From contig CAVSAC010000014.1 of NCBI GenBank assembly GCA_963725865.1, forward strand, positions 908,378 through 972,377: DNA of 64,000 bases. Reading direction: 5' to 3'. Both the position numbers and the translations under genes were made by a program. The stretch comes from Candidatus Eiseniibacteriota bacterium (lineage in GTDB: Bacteria > Eisenbacteria > RBG-16-71-46). Shown piece by piece: positions 50,932 through 61,441 of the stretch. The notes beneath the pieces are model-generated. The model searched no databases and was not told the origin of the DNA. It was given only the letters and a program-made list of their open reading frames with translations. How positions within the stretch are numbered: position 1 is the first letter of the stretch; the number at the start of each line of letters is the position of its first letter.

Positions 50932-51881
50932 TTCGCGCCTGGGTGACCGTGGCGGAGACGGTCCGCGAGGCCAGCGCCGACGAGGCGGCGCGCCTGGCAC
51001 GGGAGGGCCGCGCGCATGCGTGGATCGACATCGAGGGCGAGAGCGTGGACGCCGGCCGGGCGCTGCTCCAGGATCTCGGGGTGCATCCCCTGGCGATCGA
51101 CGACATGCTGGCCGAGCTCAACCGCCCCAAGGTCGACAACTACGGCGAGTATTGTTACCTCGTGGTGCACTCGGCGCGCTGGGACCAGGATCGGCCCAGC
51201 CTGCGCGAGATCGACATCCTGCTGTCCCCGCGACTGCTGGTGACCTACCACGATGGCGCCACGCGCTCGGTGGACGCCGCCGCGAACGCCCTCGGCCGGC
51301 GCCCGGTACTGCTGACGCGCGGACCGTCGGTCCTGCTCCATTTCCTCCTCGACGTCATGGTCGACGGATACCTGCCGATCATGGATCGCGTCGGTGAGGA
51401 GATCGACACGTTGCAGGAGCAGCTGTTCGAGAGCGCCGGGCGCGCGATGCAGATGAGGATCATCCACCTCAAGCGCGGCATGTCGGCGCTGAGGCGGGTC
51501 GTGGGACCGCAGCGCGACACGATGCTCGCGCTCACCCGCGACGAGCTGCCGGGGATCGGCGCGGAGATGCGGCCGTACTACCGCGACGTCTACGACCGTC
51601 TGGCGCGGGTCAGCGACCTGCTCGATTCGTTCCGCGAGGAGGCGGGAGCGCTGCTCGACCTGCGACAGTCCATCGTCTCGAACCGCCTGAACGACATCAT
51701 CAAGCGACTGACGGTGATCGCGACGGTGGGCCTGCCGCTGACGGTGATCACGAGCTACTACGGGATGAACTTCAGGCTCCCGGAGTACGGCTTCCGGCAC
51801 GCCCACCTCTACGTGCTGGGACTGCTCGCGGCGAGCGGCCTGGTCACCTGGTTGATGTTGCGCCGTCGACGGTGGATGTAA
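50928..51881 (+). CDS. corA: Magnesium/cobalt transporter CorA
   Basis: It has the YGMNF (GMN) motif and two C-terminal TM helices. Its ATG overlaps the HDAC-like gene stop (ATGA). Confidence 0.85.
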   Translation: MIRAWVTVAETVREASADEAARLAREGRAHAWIDIEGESVDAGRALLQDLGVHPLAIDDMLAELNRPKVDNYGEYCYLVVHSARWDQDRPSLREIDILLSPRLLVTYHDGATRSVDAAANALGRRPVLLTRGPSVLLHFLLDVMVDGYLPIMDRVGEEIDTLQEQLFESAGRAMQMRIIHLKRGMSALRRVVGPQRDTMLALTRDELPGIGAEMRPYYRDVYDRLARVSDLLDSFREEAGALLDLRQSIVSNRLNDIIKRLTVIATVGLPLTVITSYYGMNFRLPEYGFRHAHLYVLGLLAASGLVTWLMLRRRRWM

Positions 51882-52206
51882 CGGGGACGGGGCGTCACAC
51901 AAGGGAGGGGGGGCCCATCCCTGCATTCTCGAGGACTCCACTTCGGGCTTGTGGCTCGAGTCCGCATGCAGCCCCGGCCCGCGCGGCGTGCACCCATGTC
52001 CACCGACTCACCTCGCTCGGCTCGTCGGCGACCTCCTGGGCATCCGCGGGTCTCGTGCAGCGAACGAAACCCCGGTCCGGCCCGGAAGCTCCCTGCCAAG
52101 GAGTTCTTCCTGCCCGGCTGCAACCAGAACATGTGTCCGCGGCGGCGCCGGTGTCAAGGGCGACAAGCGTCCGTTCGACCCCACGCGTCCGCGCGCCCGG
52201 GGTGCC

Positions 52207-53385
52207 TCATCGTCGGCCAGCGCGCGGGGGCTTCGACGCCGGGCCGAGCACCTCGAACGTGCAGTCGTCGTAGTACAGGCGCCCCTCGGCGGGGGCGTTG
52301 TAGACGAACCACACCCATACCTCGTAGGCGTCCTCGGGGATGTCCATCTCGGAGGTGGCGAGCTCCCAGGGTGTGTTCGAGGAGTACTGTTTTCCAGGTT
52401 GCAGTTCGCCGCCGTGCAGGGTGTGGACGTAGATCTGGATGTAGGCCAGTCCGCGCAGGCTGTCGGTGCGGATATACGTGGTCGCGCGCACGCGCTTGCC
52501 GGCGAGGTCGTGGCGCGGGAACGCCTGCCCGATGCCGGTCTTCACCTTGATCATGCCGTCGAGTCCGCCCTCCATGCGGACCGAAGCTCGCCCGGTGTGG
52601 GCGACGGTGGAGTCGCGTACGACCTGCATGTTCGCGAACGGCGGCAGCGAGTACTCCCAGTCGTTCCCGTCGCCTTCGAACCCCGGGTCCTTGAGCAGAT
52701 TCGTGCCGATCGGGAGCGGGGCCGGACGCTCCGGCGCCTCGAGGGTCAGGCTGGCGTCGTCGAACAGCACCTGGCCCGTTCCGAGGATGCCGAGGCGCAC
52801 CCAGATGACGTCGACGGTGGGCGGCACGAACACTCGGACGGTGCGCTTCACCCAGCCGGTCTCGGACTCGGAGAAGTACTGGCGCCGCCAGCCGAAGTCG
52901 ATCAGCGGATCGTCGACCGGATTCACGCGCATCCGCTTCGCGGCCTCCAGGCGAGGCACCTTCCAGATGAGGGACATCCGCGTGACGGTGTCGCGATAGG
53001 CCTGCAGCAGCAGGAAGCCCCGACCCTGGAGACCGTTCGAGCGCGTCCACGCCGTGAACACCGCGTCCTTGCCCCACGCTTCCTTGCCCACGCGGATCGC
53101 CTGGCTCCAGTTGTGCGCCATCGGATAGAGCATGCTCACGTTGGCGAGGCCGACCGCGTAACGCCCGTGCTCCACGAGGAACGTGTCGCGCCCGAAGAAC
53201 GCTCCGCCGACCTCCGCCGCAGAGGTATCCCACCCGGTCGGCATCCACGGGTGGCCGTCGAGCGACTGCTCGAAGTCGGGGTTCGCGAGCAGATTGGTGC
53301 TTCGAGGTGCGGCGACTACCGTGGCGGCGGCGAGCAGGATCGCGACGACGGGCACGACCACCTGCGCGAACGGATGGCGCATCAT
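52207..53385 (-). CDS. Secreted protein with two tandem CBM_4_9-like carbohydrate-binding (jelly-roll) domains and no catalytic domain
   Basis: It has a signal peptide VVPVVAILLAAATVVAAP. The two domains each begin NLL.NPDFE / NLLKDPGFE. The overlapping same-strand ORF 52154..53248 is low-complexity. Confidence 0.5.
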   Translation of the reverse strand: MMRHPFAQVVVPVVAILLAAATVVAAPRSTNLLANPDFEQSLDGHPWMPTGWDTSAAEVGGAFFGRDTFLVEHGRYAVGLANVSMLYPMAHNWSQAIRVGKEAWGKDAVFTAWTRSNGLQGRGFLLLQAYRDTVTRMSLIWKVPRLEAAKRMRVNPVDDPLIDFGWRRQYFSESETGWVKRTVRVFVPPTVDVIWVRLGILGTGQVLFDDASLTLEAPERPAPLPIGTNLLKDPGFEGDGNDWEYSLPPFANMQVVRDSTVAHTGRASVRMEGGLDGMIKVKTGIGQAFPRHDLAGKRVRATTYIRTDSLRGLAYIQIYVHTLHGGELQPGKQYSSNTPWELATSEMDIPEDAYEVWVWFVYNAPAEGRLYYDDCTFEVLGPASKPPRAGRR

Positions 53386-53594
53386 GGGGATCCTCTCGAG
53401 GTGTTCGGGGAGTCGCTCCATCCCGGAGCGCGAGCGAAAAGTATCGTGAGCACGCGCTGCGCGGGTCAAGCGGAATCCCCTGCAGGCGCCGACGTCAGGC
53501 GCGTGTGAAGCCGGTGCGCGGTTTGCGACTCGCGCGCGGGGACGACTATCGTCGGCCCGATCCGCGCACGCCGCGCGGTCGCGGAGGCACTTCC

Positions 53595-54440
53595 GTGTCC
53601 GAGTGGTTCTTCACCAACGACCTCCACGGTCAGTCCACCCACTACGAGCAGTTGGTCGCGATCGCCGCGGCTCACCGACCTCGCGTGGTGATCCTGGGGG
53701 GCGATCTCTGCCCGCACGAGAGTGGCGATGCCGGGGTGCGCCGGCAGCGCGTCTTCCTGCAGGGATTCCTCGTCGAGTTCGCACGCCGCGTCCGCGAGGC
53801 ATCCGGCGGAACCGCCCTCCTCCTGTTGATGGGCAACGACGACTGGAGCATCAACCACGACGTACTCGCGGCGCACGATGGGACGCTCTGGCACCTGATC
53901 CACGAGCGTCTCGTGCGCGTCGACGACGTGCCGGTCGTTGGCTCCTCGTGGGTGCCCATCACGCCGTTCACCATCAAGGACTGGGAGCGCTGGGAGGACG
54001 GGAGGGAGGAGTCCCCGCCGCGGCTCGACGGGTGGCGCAGTACGGCCTCGGGCCTGCAGGCGTTCGCGTTCGATCCACTGAGGCGTACTCCCACCATCGC
54101 CGAGGCGCTCGCCGGGCTCGCCGGATTGTCCCCGCCCCGCGAGACGGTGCTGGTATCGCACTCGCCGCCGCGGGACACCCGCTGCGACATGGTCCAGGGC
54201 GGGGCGCACGTGGGCTCGCGGGCATTGCGGGAATGGATCGAGGCCCAACAGCCACGGCTGGTGCTCAGCGGGCACATCCACGAATCGCCGCGGGCGTCCG
54301 GGGCGTGGCGCGACCGCATCGGGCCGACGGAGATCGTGAACCCGGGCCAGTTCGGCACCGTGCGGCTCTGCGGCGTGTGGTTCGACCCGGCCGCCCCGGC
54401 CGAGACCCTGCGGCACACCGTGCACACCGGCCTGCGCTGA
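53595..54440 (+). CDS. Calcineurin-like metallophosphoesterase
   Basis: It has a GTG start after a GGAGG RBS. The motifs are DLHGQ, GGDL, GNDD and SGHIHE. Confidence 0.7.
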   Translation: MSEWFFTNDLHGQSTHYEQLVAIAAAHRPRVVILGGDLCPHESGDAGVRRQRVFLQGFLVEFARRVREASGGTALLLLMGNDDWSINHDVLAAHDGTLWHLIHERLVRVDDVPVVGSSWVPITPFTIKDWERWEDGREESPPRLDGWRSTASGLQAFAFDPLRRTPTIAEALAGLAGLSPPRETVLVSHSPPRDTRCDMVQGGAHVGSRALREWIEAQQPRLVLSGHIHESPRASGAWRDRIGPTEIVNPGQFGTVRLCGVWFDPAAPAETLRHTVHTGLR

Positions 54441-54565
54441 GTCGGACCCGGATCCTCGGGCCCGGTCTCGCGCTCCCAGCCCGCGCAACCCATGAAGCCG
54501 CTCGGCGCGCCGCCGGCGTGCTAGACTCGCCACCTCCCTGGACCCCCGTGCTCGAGGCTCGATCC

Positions 54566-55072
54566 ATGATCCGACGCTGCATCGCTCCGCTGCTGGTACT
54601 CCTCGCCGCGACCCTTGCACCCGCCGGCGCACGCGCCGCGGGCGAACTCCGCTGGCGCGGATTCGACGCCGGGCTGCGCGAAGCCAGGAGCACCGGCCGA
54701 CCGGTGCTGGTGGACGTGGTCACGGACTGGTGCCGCTACTGCAAGATGATGGATCGCGACGTGTACTCGCGCGCCGACGTGCGCGAGTACCTGTCCCAGC
54801 GATTCATCCCGGTGAGGCTCGATGCCGAGGGGGCGCAGGTCGTGTCCTATGAAGGACGGAGCTTCACGGGCCGCACGCTGTCGCAGCGCTTCCGGGTAAA
54901 CGGCTATCCCACCACGATCTTCCTGAAGGCCGACGGCGGACACCTCGTAAACGTGCCCGGCTACCTGCCGGCGGATCAGTTCCTGGTGCTCATGCGCTAC
55001 GTCGCCGAGGGGGCGCTCGAGCGCGGCGAGGACTGGGAGGCGTACGCCCGCAAGGCGAGCGGGGCGCGCTGA
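54566..55072 (+). CDS. Periplasmic thioredoxin-fold protein (DUF255-like, CxxC)
   Basis: It has a signal peptide. VLVDVVTDWCRYCKMMD is the thioredoxin-like CxxC active site. The fold continues with GYPTTIFL. Confidence 0.7.
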   Translation: MIRRCIAPLLVLLAATLAPAGARAAGELRWRGFDAGLREARSTGRPVLVDVVTDWCRYCKMMDRDVYSRADVREYLSQRFIPVRLDAEGAQVVSYEGRSFTGRTLSQRFRVNGYPTTIFLKADGGHLVNVPGYLPADQFLVLMRYVAEGALERGEDWEAYARKASGAR

Positions 55073-55080
55073 GCCCCGCG

Positions 55081-55686
55081 ATGTCGCTGCTGACCGGTCA
55101 CGAGGTCGCGGTGGTCGACACCGAGACCACCGGCTTCTCGCCCGTGGATGGACACGTCCTGGTCGAGGTCGCGGTGGTCCGCGTGGTGGACGGCGCGATC
55201 CGCGAATCCGAGTCGTGGTCCTCGCTGATGCGGCCCGGCCGGCCCATCCCTCCCGACGCGACCGCGGTGCACGGGATCACCGACGCGATGGTGGCTGGGG
55301 CGCCGCCGCCGGCCGAAGTCGCGCGGCTCCTGCGCGAGGCCTGCGGGGCGCGGGTGCTCGCGTTCCACAACGCGCCGTTCGATCTGCCGTTCCTGGTGGC
55401 GCTGCTGAGCAGTGAGCGCCAGCCGCCCCTCACGGCCCCCGTCCTCGACACGCTGGGCCTCGCGCGCGGGCTCTACGGCTCCGGAGGCAACAGCCTCGGC
55501 GCCCTCGCCCGCCGTCTGCAGCTGCCGCCCGCGACCGCGCACCGTGCGCTCGGGGACGCGCTCACCACCGCGCACCTGCTGGTGCGGCTGGCCGCGGACT
55601 GGGCGAAGCGGGTGCCCTCGCTCGAGGAGTTGGCCGCCGCGAGCCAGGACCAGAATCGCTGGCGACCGACCGCGGCCGCGCGCTGA
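55081..55686 (+). CDS. DEDDh 3'-5' exonuclease (DNA polymerase III epsilon-like / DnaQ family)
   Basis: The Exo I-III motifs are VVDTETTG, FHNAPFD and HRALGDA. Confidence 0.75.
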   Translation: MSLLTGHEVAVVDTETTGFSPVDGHVLVEVAVVRVVDGAIRESESWSSLMRPGRPIPPDATAVHGITDAMVAGAPPPAEVARLLREACGARVLAFHNAPFDLPFLVALLSSERQPPLTAPVLDTLGLARGLYGSGGNSLGALARRLQLPPATAHRALGDALTTAHLLVRLAADWAKRVPSLEELAAASQDQNRWRPTAAAR

Positions 55687-55789
55687 CGCGCCGCGCCCCG
55701 GTCGATTGACACTCGACCGTGTGCTCCGGATGATGCACCGTCGACCTGCGACATCCCCCGCGTCGCCAGCGCCGATCCAGGAGGGCCCC

Positions 55790-56269
55790 ATGCCCGATCG
55801 CGTGAACCTCGAATTGGGCCAGCCGGCCCCGGACTTCCGATTGAAGGGACCCGGCGGCGCCTTCGTCACGCTCTCCGAGTATCGGGGCCAGAAGCACGTG
55901 GTGCTCGCGTTCTACCCCCTCGCGTTCTCCCCGGTCTGCGCGCATCAGCTTCCCACCATCCAGCGCGAGATGGGCGCGATCGAAGCGCTCGACGGGACCG
56001 TGCTCGGTATCAGCGTGGATAGCCACTACGCCAATCAGGCGTTCGCGGAGCGGCTGCGGCTCACGTTCCCGCTCCTCTCCGACTTCAATCGCGAGACCAG
56101 TGCCGCCTACGGCGTGCTGCTCGGCGAGCGGGGGATCAGCAATCGGGCCCTGTTCCTGATCGACAAGCAGGGACGCGTCGCTTACAAGGAGATCTCGGAG
56201 AACCCCGGGGACCTCGCGATGATCCCGAGCAATCCCCGGCTGCTCGCTGCGCTCGAGGCCCTTCAGTAG
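55790..56269 (+). CDS. Peroxiredoxin (AhpC/TSA-Bcp-like thiol peroxidase)
   Basis: It has a GGAGGG RBS. HVVLAFYPLAFSPVCAHQ is the peroxidatic Cys motif. Confidence 0.75.
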   Translation: MPDRVNLELGQPAPDFRLKGPGGAFVTLSEYRGQKHVVLAFYPLAFSPVCAHQLPTIQREMGAIEALDGTVLGISVDSHYANQAFAERLRLTFPLLSDFNRETSAAYGVLLGERGISNRALFLIDKQGRVAYKEISENPGDLAMIPSNPRLLAALEALQ

Positions 56270-56302
56270 CAGCGGCGCGGCCCGCCGCGCCACCGGGCGA
56301 CC

Positions 56303-57652
56303 ATGCCGAAGGATTCCGCCACCGTTCTGGTTGTTGGCCGCGAGAATGCGGCCACCCGCGAGACGATCGCGCGCCTGCGCGCACACGATTACGCTGCGAT
56401 ATGGGCGCGCGATGGCGAGAGCGCCCTCAATCTCCTCGATCGGCGCCGCGTCGATGCCCTGGTGGTCGAGGTGCGGGCCCCGCGCATCGACGGGCTCGCC
56501 GTGATGCAGCGGGCGCTCGCCCGCAACCCGGCGACGTGCACCGTGCTGATCGCGGCCGGCCCGCAGACCGAGGCGGCGATTGACGCGCTGCGACACGGAG
56601 CACACGACGTGCAGTCGCCGCCTCTGCACCTCGACCGGCTGATAGCCATGCTGGAGCGCGGCCTTGCGCAGCAGCGGCTCGGCGAGCGCCTCGACGCGAT
56701 GCAGGCGCGGCTCGATCAGCGTTTCGGGCTCGGGCGACTGGTCGCGCAATCGCGCGCCATGCGGCGGGTGATCGAGCAGGTGCGGCACACGGCTGCAACC
56801 CGAGCGACCGTGCTGATCGAGGGCGAGCCCGGCACCGGCAAAGGGTTGCTCGCCCAGGTGCTGCATCAGCACAGCCCGCGCAAGACCGGGCCCTTCGTCA
56901 TGGTGGACTGCGGTGCGGTGCCGGACGGGTTGATCGAGAGCGAGCTGTTCGGCGACGACTCGCTCGACGACGCATCGCGACGGGGCCGGTTCGAGCTGGC
57001 GGACGGGGGCACGCTGTTCCTCACCGATGTGGCGTCGATCCCGCTGTCGGCCCAGGTGCGCCTGCTGCGCGCGATCCAGGACCGCGGATTCGAGCGGGTC
57101 GGGGGCACGACGACCCGCCGCGCGGACGTGCGGCTGCTCGCCGCGAGCGAACGCGACCTCGCGGCGGAGGTCGCCGCGGGGCGGTTCCGCGACGATCTCG
57201 CGCGGCGCCTCGGAGTCGTGCGGCTCGTGCTCCCGCCCCTGCGCGAGCGCCGTGAGGACATCCCGGCGCTGGTCGAGCGCTTCATCCACGAAACGAACCG
57301 CGCCCATCGCCGGCGAGTCACCGGCATCACGCGCGGCGCTCTCGAGCGCCTGCTGGCGCACGCTTGGCCCGGTAACGTGCGCGAGCTGCGGGAAGCGGTG
57401 GAGCGGATGGTGGAGTCCACGCGCGGCCGGCGCGCGCTCGACCTCTCGGACCTGCCGTCGCCGCTGCGGCCGGACGTCCAGGGTGGTGAGCCGCTCGCGC
57501 TGGCGGTCGGCATGACGATCGACGAGGCCGAACGCCACCTGATCCTCGCGACACTGGAGCACGCCGGCGGAGACAAGGTTCGCGCCGCGCAGGTGCTGGG
57601 CATCGGCCTGCGTACGCTCTATCGGAAGCTCCAGCAGTACGCCATCCACTGA
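56303..57652 (+). CDS. NtrC-family AAA+ transcriptional regulator with a degenerate receiver domain and no GAFTGA motif
   Basis: The AAA+ core reads GEPGTGKG...ESELFG...GGTLFLTDV. The Arg finger is present, and the C-terminus is a Fis-type HTH (AAQVLGIGLRTLYRKLQQY). The GAFTGA loop is replaced by DDSLDDA. In the receiver domain ENA replaces the DDE acidic pocket and VVEVRAPRIDG stands where the phospho-acceptor should be, with no Asp. Confidence 0.8.
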   Translation: MPKDSATVLVVGRENAATRETIARLRAHDYAAIWARDGESALNLLDRRRVDALVVEVRAPRIDGLAVMQRALARNPATCTVLIAAGPQTEAAIDALRHGAHDVQSPPLHLDRLIAMLERGLAQQRLGERLDAMQARLDQRFGLGRLVAQSRAMRRVIEQVRHTAATRATVLIEGEPGTGKGLLAQVLHQHSPRKTGPFVMVDCGAVPDGLIESELFGDDSLDDASRRGRFELADGGTLFLTDVASIPLSAQVRLLRAIQDRGFERVGGTTTRRADVRLLAASERDLAAEVAAGRFRDDLARRLGVVRLVLPPLRERREDIPALVERFIHETNRAHRRRVTGITRGALERLLAHAWPGNVRELREAVERMVESTRGRRALDLSDLPSPLRPDVQGGEPLALAVGMTIDEAERHLILATLEHAGGDKVRAAQVLGIGLRTLYRKLQQYAIH

Positions 57653-57799
57653 CCCCGGACGCGGGGCGCCAGCCGCGGTTGGGCGGTGCCGGCCAGAATG
57701 GCCCGCATCCGCCCCGTACGGGGGGGCGGGAGCCCGGGCTAATCCCCGCGCGCCGGCCCGCCGATACCCGGGTCGGACCTGTTCCATGGAGAGGCGCGC

Positions 57800-58837
57800 A
57801 TGGGCGACATCGAACCGATCGAGCCGATCGAACCGTCGGACTCGACCGAATCGACCGTATCGAACGGAGAGCTCGAGACCGACGAGATGCGCGTGGCGGC
57901 CGAGCGCGCGCGTGCCGAGAGCACGGCCGCGGCGCGCCCGGACTGGCTGGTGGGTGCCGACGACGGTGTGGCGGCCGAGCACGAACGCGTGGCGCGCGAG
58001 GCGGTTGCCCCCACCGAATCGCCCACGCTCCGCCGCCCAGAAGCGCCGACTGACGACGCGCCGCGTCGCCTGGACACGGCGCCCCCGCGGGTGCTTCCCG
58101 GGTTGCCGCTGTCCACGAAATCCGCGCCGGCAGCCGAGAAGCGCGTCGCCTGGACCGCGGCGGCCAGCAGCCTGCCCACGCTGCGCGTGCTCAAGGGCGG
58201 CGTGCCCGAGTCCGCGGCGCCGCCCGACGCGCGGCTGGCGCCCGACGCGCGCCTGACGCCCGACGCGCGCCTGACGCCCGACGCGCGCCTGACGCCCCAG
58301 GTGCGCCTGGTCGAACCCGCGCGGGCCGCGGCCCCATTGCGCGTGATGCAGGTCGAGGAGGAAGACGAGCGCGCGTTCCCCGACAGCACCGGGCATTCCC
58401 CCGGCACGCCGGCAGGGACCGCCGTCCCCACCGTCACCGCGCGCCGCTCGGCTCCGCGCGAGGCCTGGTGGCTGATCGCCGTCGACACCCTGCGCTCCGA
58501 TCGGAGAGTGCAGTTGCTCGCCGCACTGATCGTGGTGCTCGCCACCGCGATCGCGTTCTGGCCGCACGCCGAGAAGACGATCTCGATCCATGAGATCCGT
58601 CGCAACCCACAGGCGTGGGACGGTCGCATGGTGCGCGTCAGCGGCCGCGTCGGCGAGGTCTTCCCGGTCGGGGGCGGCTACGCGTTCAATCTCCACCAAT
58701 CGCGCGACACGATGGTGGTGTTCACGCGCTCGCGCACCCCGCGCGCCCGCGAGCAGGTCACGGTCGCCGGCTCCATCAGCACTGGATGGCTCGATGGCGT
58801 ACCGCGCCAGGCGCTCTTCGAAGAAGTGACTCGCTAG
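57800..58837 (+). CDS. Membrane-anchored repeat protein: acidic N-terminus, PDARLT tandem repeats, one TM helix and a C-terminal OB-fold-like domain
   Basis: It contains IEPIEPIEP and PDARLAPDARLTPDARLTPDARLTP repeats, a TM helix WWLIAVDTL...LLAALIVVLATAIAFW, and a C-terminal domain reading VRVSGRVGEVFPVGGGYAFNL...VTVAGSIS. Confidence 0.45.
   Translation: MGDIEPIEPIEPSDSTESTVSNGELETDEMRVAAERARAESTAAARPDWLVGADDGVAAEHERVAREAVAPTESPTLRRPEAPTDDAPRRLDTAPPRVLPGLPLSTKSAPAAEKRVAWTAAASSLPTLRVLKGGVPESAAPPDARLAPDARLTPDARLTPDARLTPQVRLVEPARAAAPLRVMQVEEEDERAFPDSTGHSPGTPAGTAVPTVTARRSAPREAWWLIAVDTLRSDRRVQLLAALIVVLATAIAFWPHAEKTISIHEIRRNPQAWDGRMVRVSGRVGEVFPVGGGYAFNLHQSRDTMVVFTRSRTPRAREQVTVAGSISTGWLDGVPRQALFEEVTR
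58224..58295 (+). repeat. Perfect 18-bp tandem repeat (cccgacgcgcgcctgacg), 4 copies, in frame and encoding PDARLT
   Basis: The repeat is directly visible at 58224..58295. The first copy is degenerate and encodes LA rather than LT. Confidence 0.8.
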
Positions 58838-59228
58838 CGGCGCGCGTCCTCGCGTCGTGGCCAGACGGGCGCACTTCCCTGCGGAGCGCGCCCCTCGCCG
58901 CATGCGTCCCGGCGCTCGATGCTGGCGATGCCTCGACCCATCCGCCAGGCAACTCTTGCCATTCTGACAACCGCCCGGGCTTCTTTTGCCATTCTGGGAC
59001 ATCCTGCCAGAGTCACAATCATCTACTGACCAGCAGGTTACGCGGATGATCGCTGGCCGCGCCGGGCCGACCTGGAATTGCATTGCGGCTTCTCGTCCGC
59101 GTGGCCTATGTTCCGCGTCGCGCTCGGGGTGAGCGGCTCCCGCCGCACGATCAACGCGCCCAACGCCTCAGTCGACACATCATCCTTCAAACCGCGGCCT
59201 CGCAGGCCGTGCATCGAGGAGGAGCCAC

Positions 59229-61224
<1,996 letters not shown>

Positions 61225-61251
61225 TCCAGATCGACATACATCGCACACGAC

Positions 61252-61284
61252 GGCCCCGGGGGCGACCCCGGGGCCGTTCGCGTT
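61252..61284 (+). terminator. Candidate intrinsic terminator after groEL
   Basis: Stem ggccccgggg / ccccggggcc with loop gcga, followed by gttcgcgtt. Confidence 0.45.
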
Positions 61285-61441
61285 GAGGGGGGGGACTGCG
61301 GTAGTGCCACCGGGGGCCCGTTCGATCGCGCGGGGGCGAGGTTCGCGCATGTCCGGTCGCGTGCGGCTGCGGCGCCAATACCACGGCACGCATGTCACGG
61401 CCAGCCCGGCGGACCCCCGGGTGGCACTCCGGAGGACGACC

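Noticed and set aside
53307-53594. N-terminal extension of the metallophosphoesterase ORF
   Set aside because: The Arg-rich extension would overlap the divergent CBM-protein gene start. GTG at 53595 has a GGAGG RBS and begins right at the conserved DLHG motif region.
55562-59083. 1173-aa minus-strand ORF
   Set aside because: It is antisense to the peroxiredoxin, NtrC-like regulator and repeat-protein genes. It is low-complexity and contains the mirrored GRQARV repeats, which are simply the reverse complement of the PDARLT repeat.
58838-59228. CIRCE/HrcA operator and sigma-54 promoter upstream of groES
   Set aside because: I found no TTAGCACTC-N9-GAGTGCTAA-like inverted repeat. The only TGG...TTGC element (about 59070) has a GG-to-GC spacing one nucleotide short of the sigma-54 consensus.
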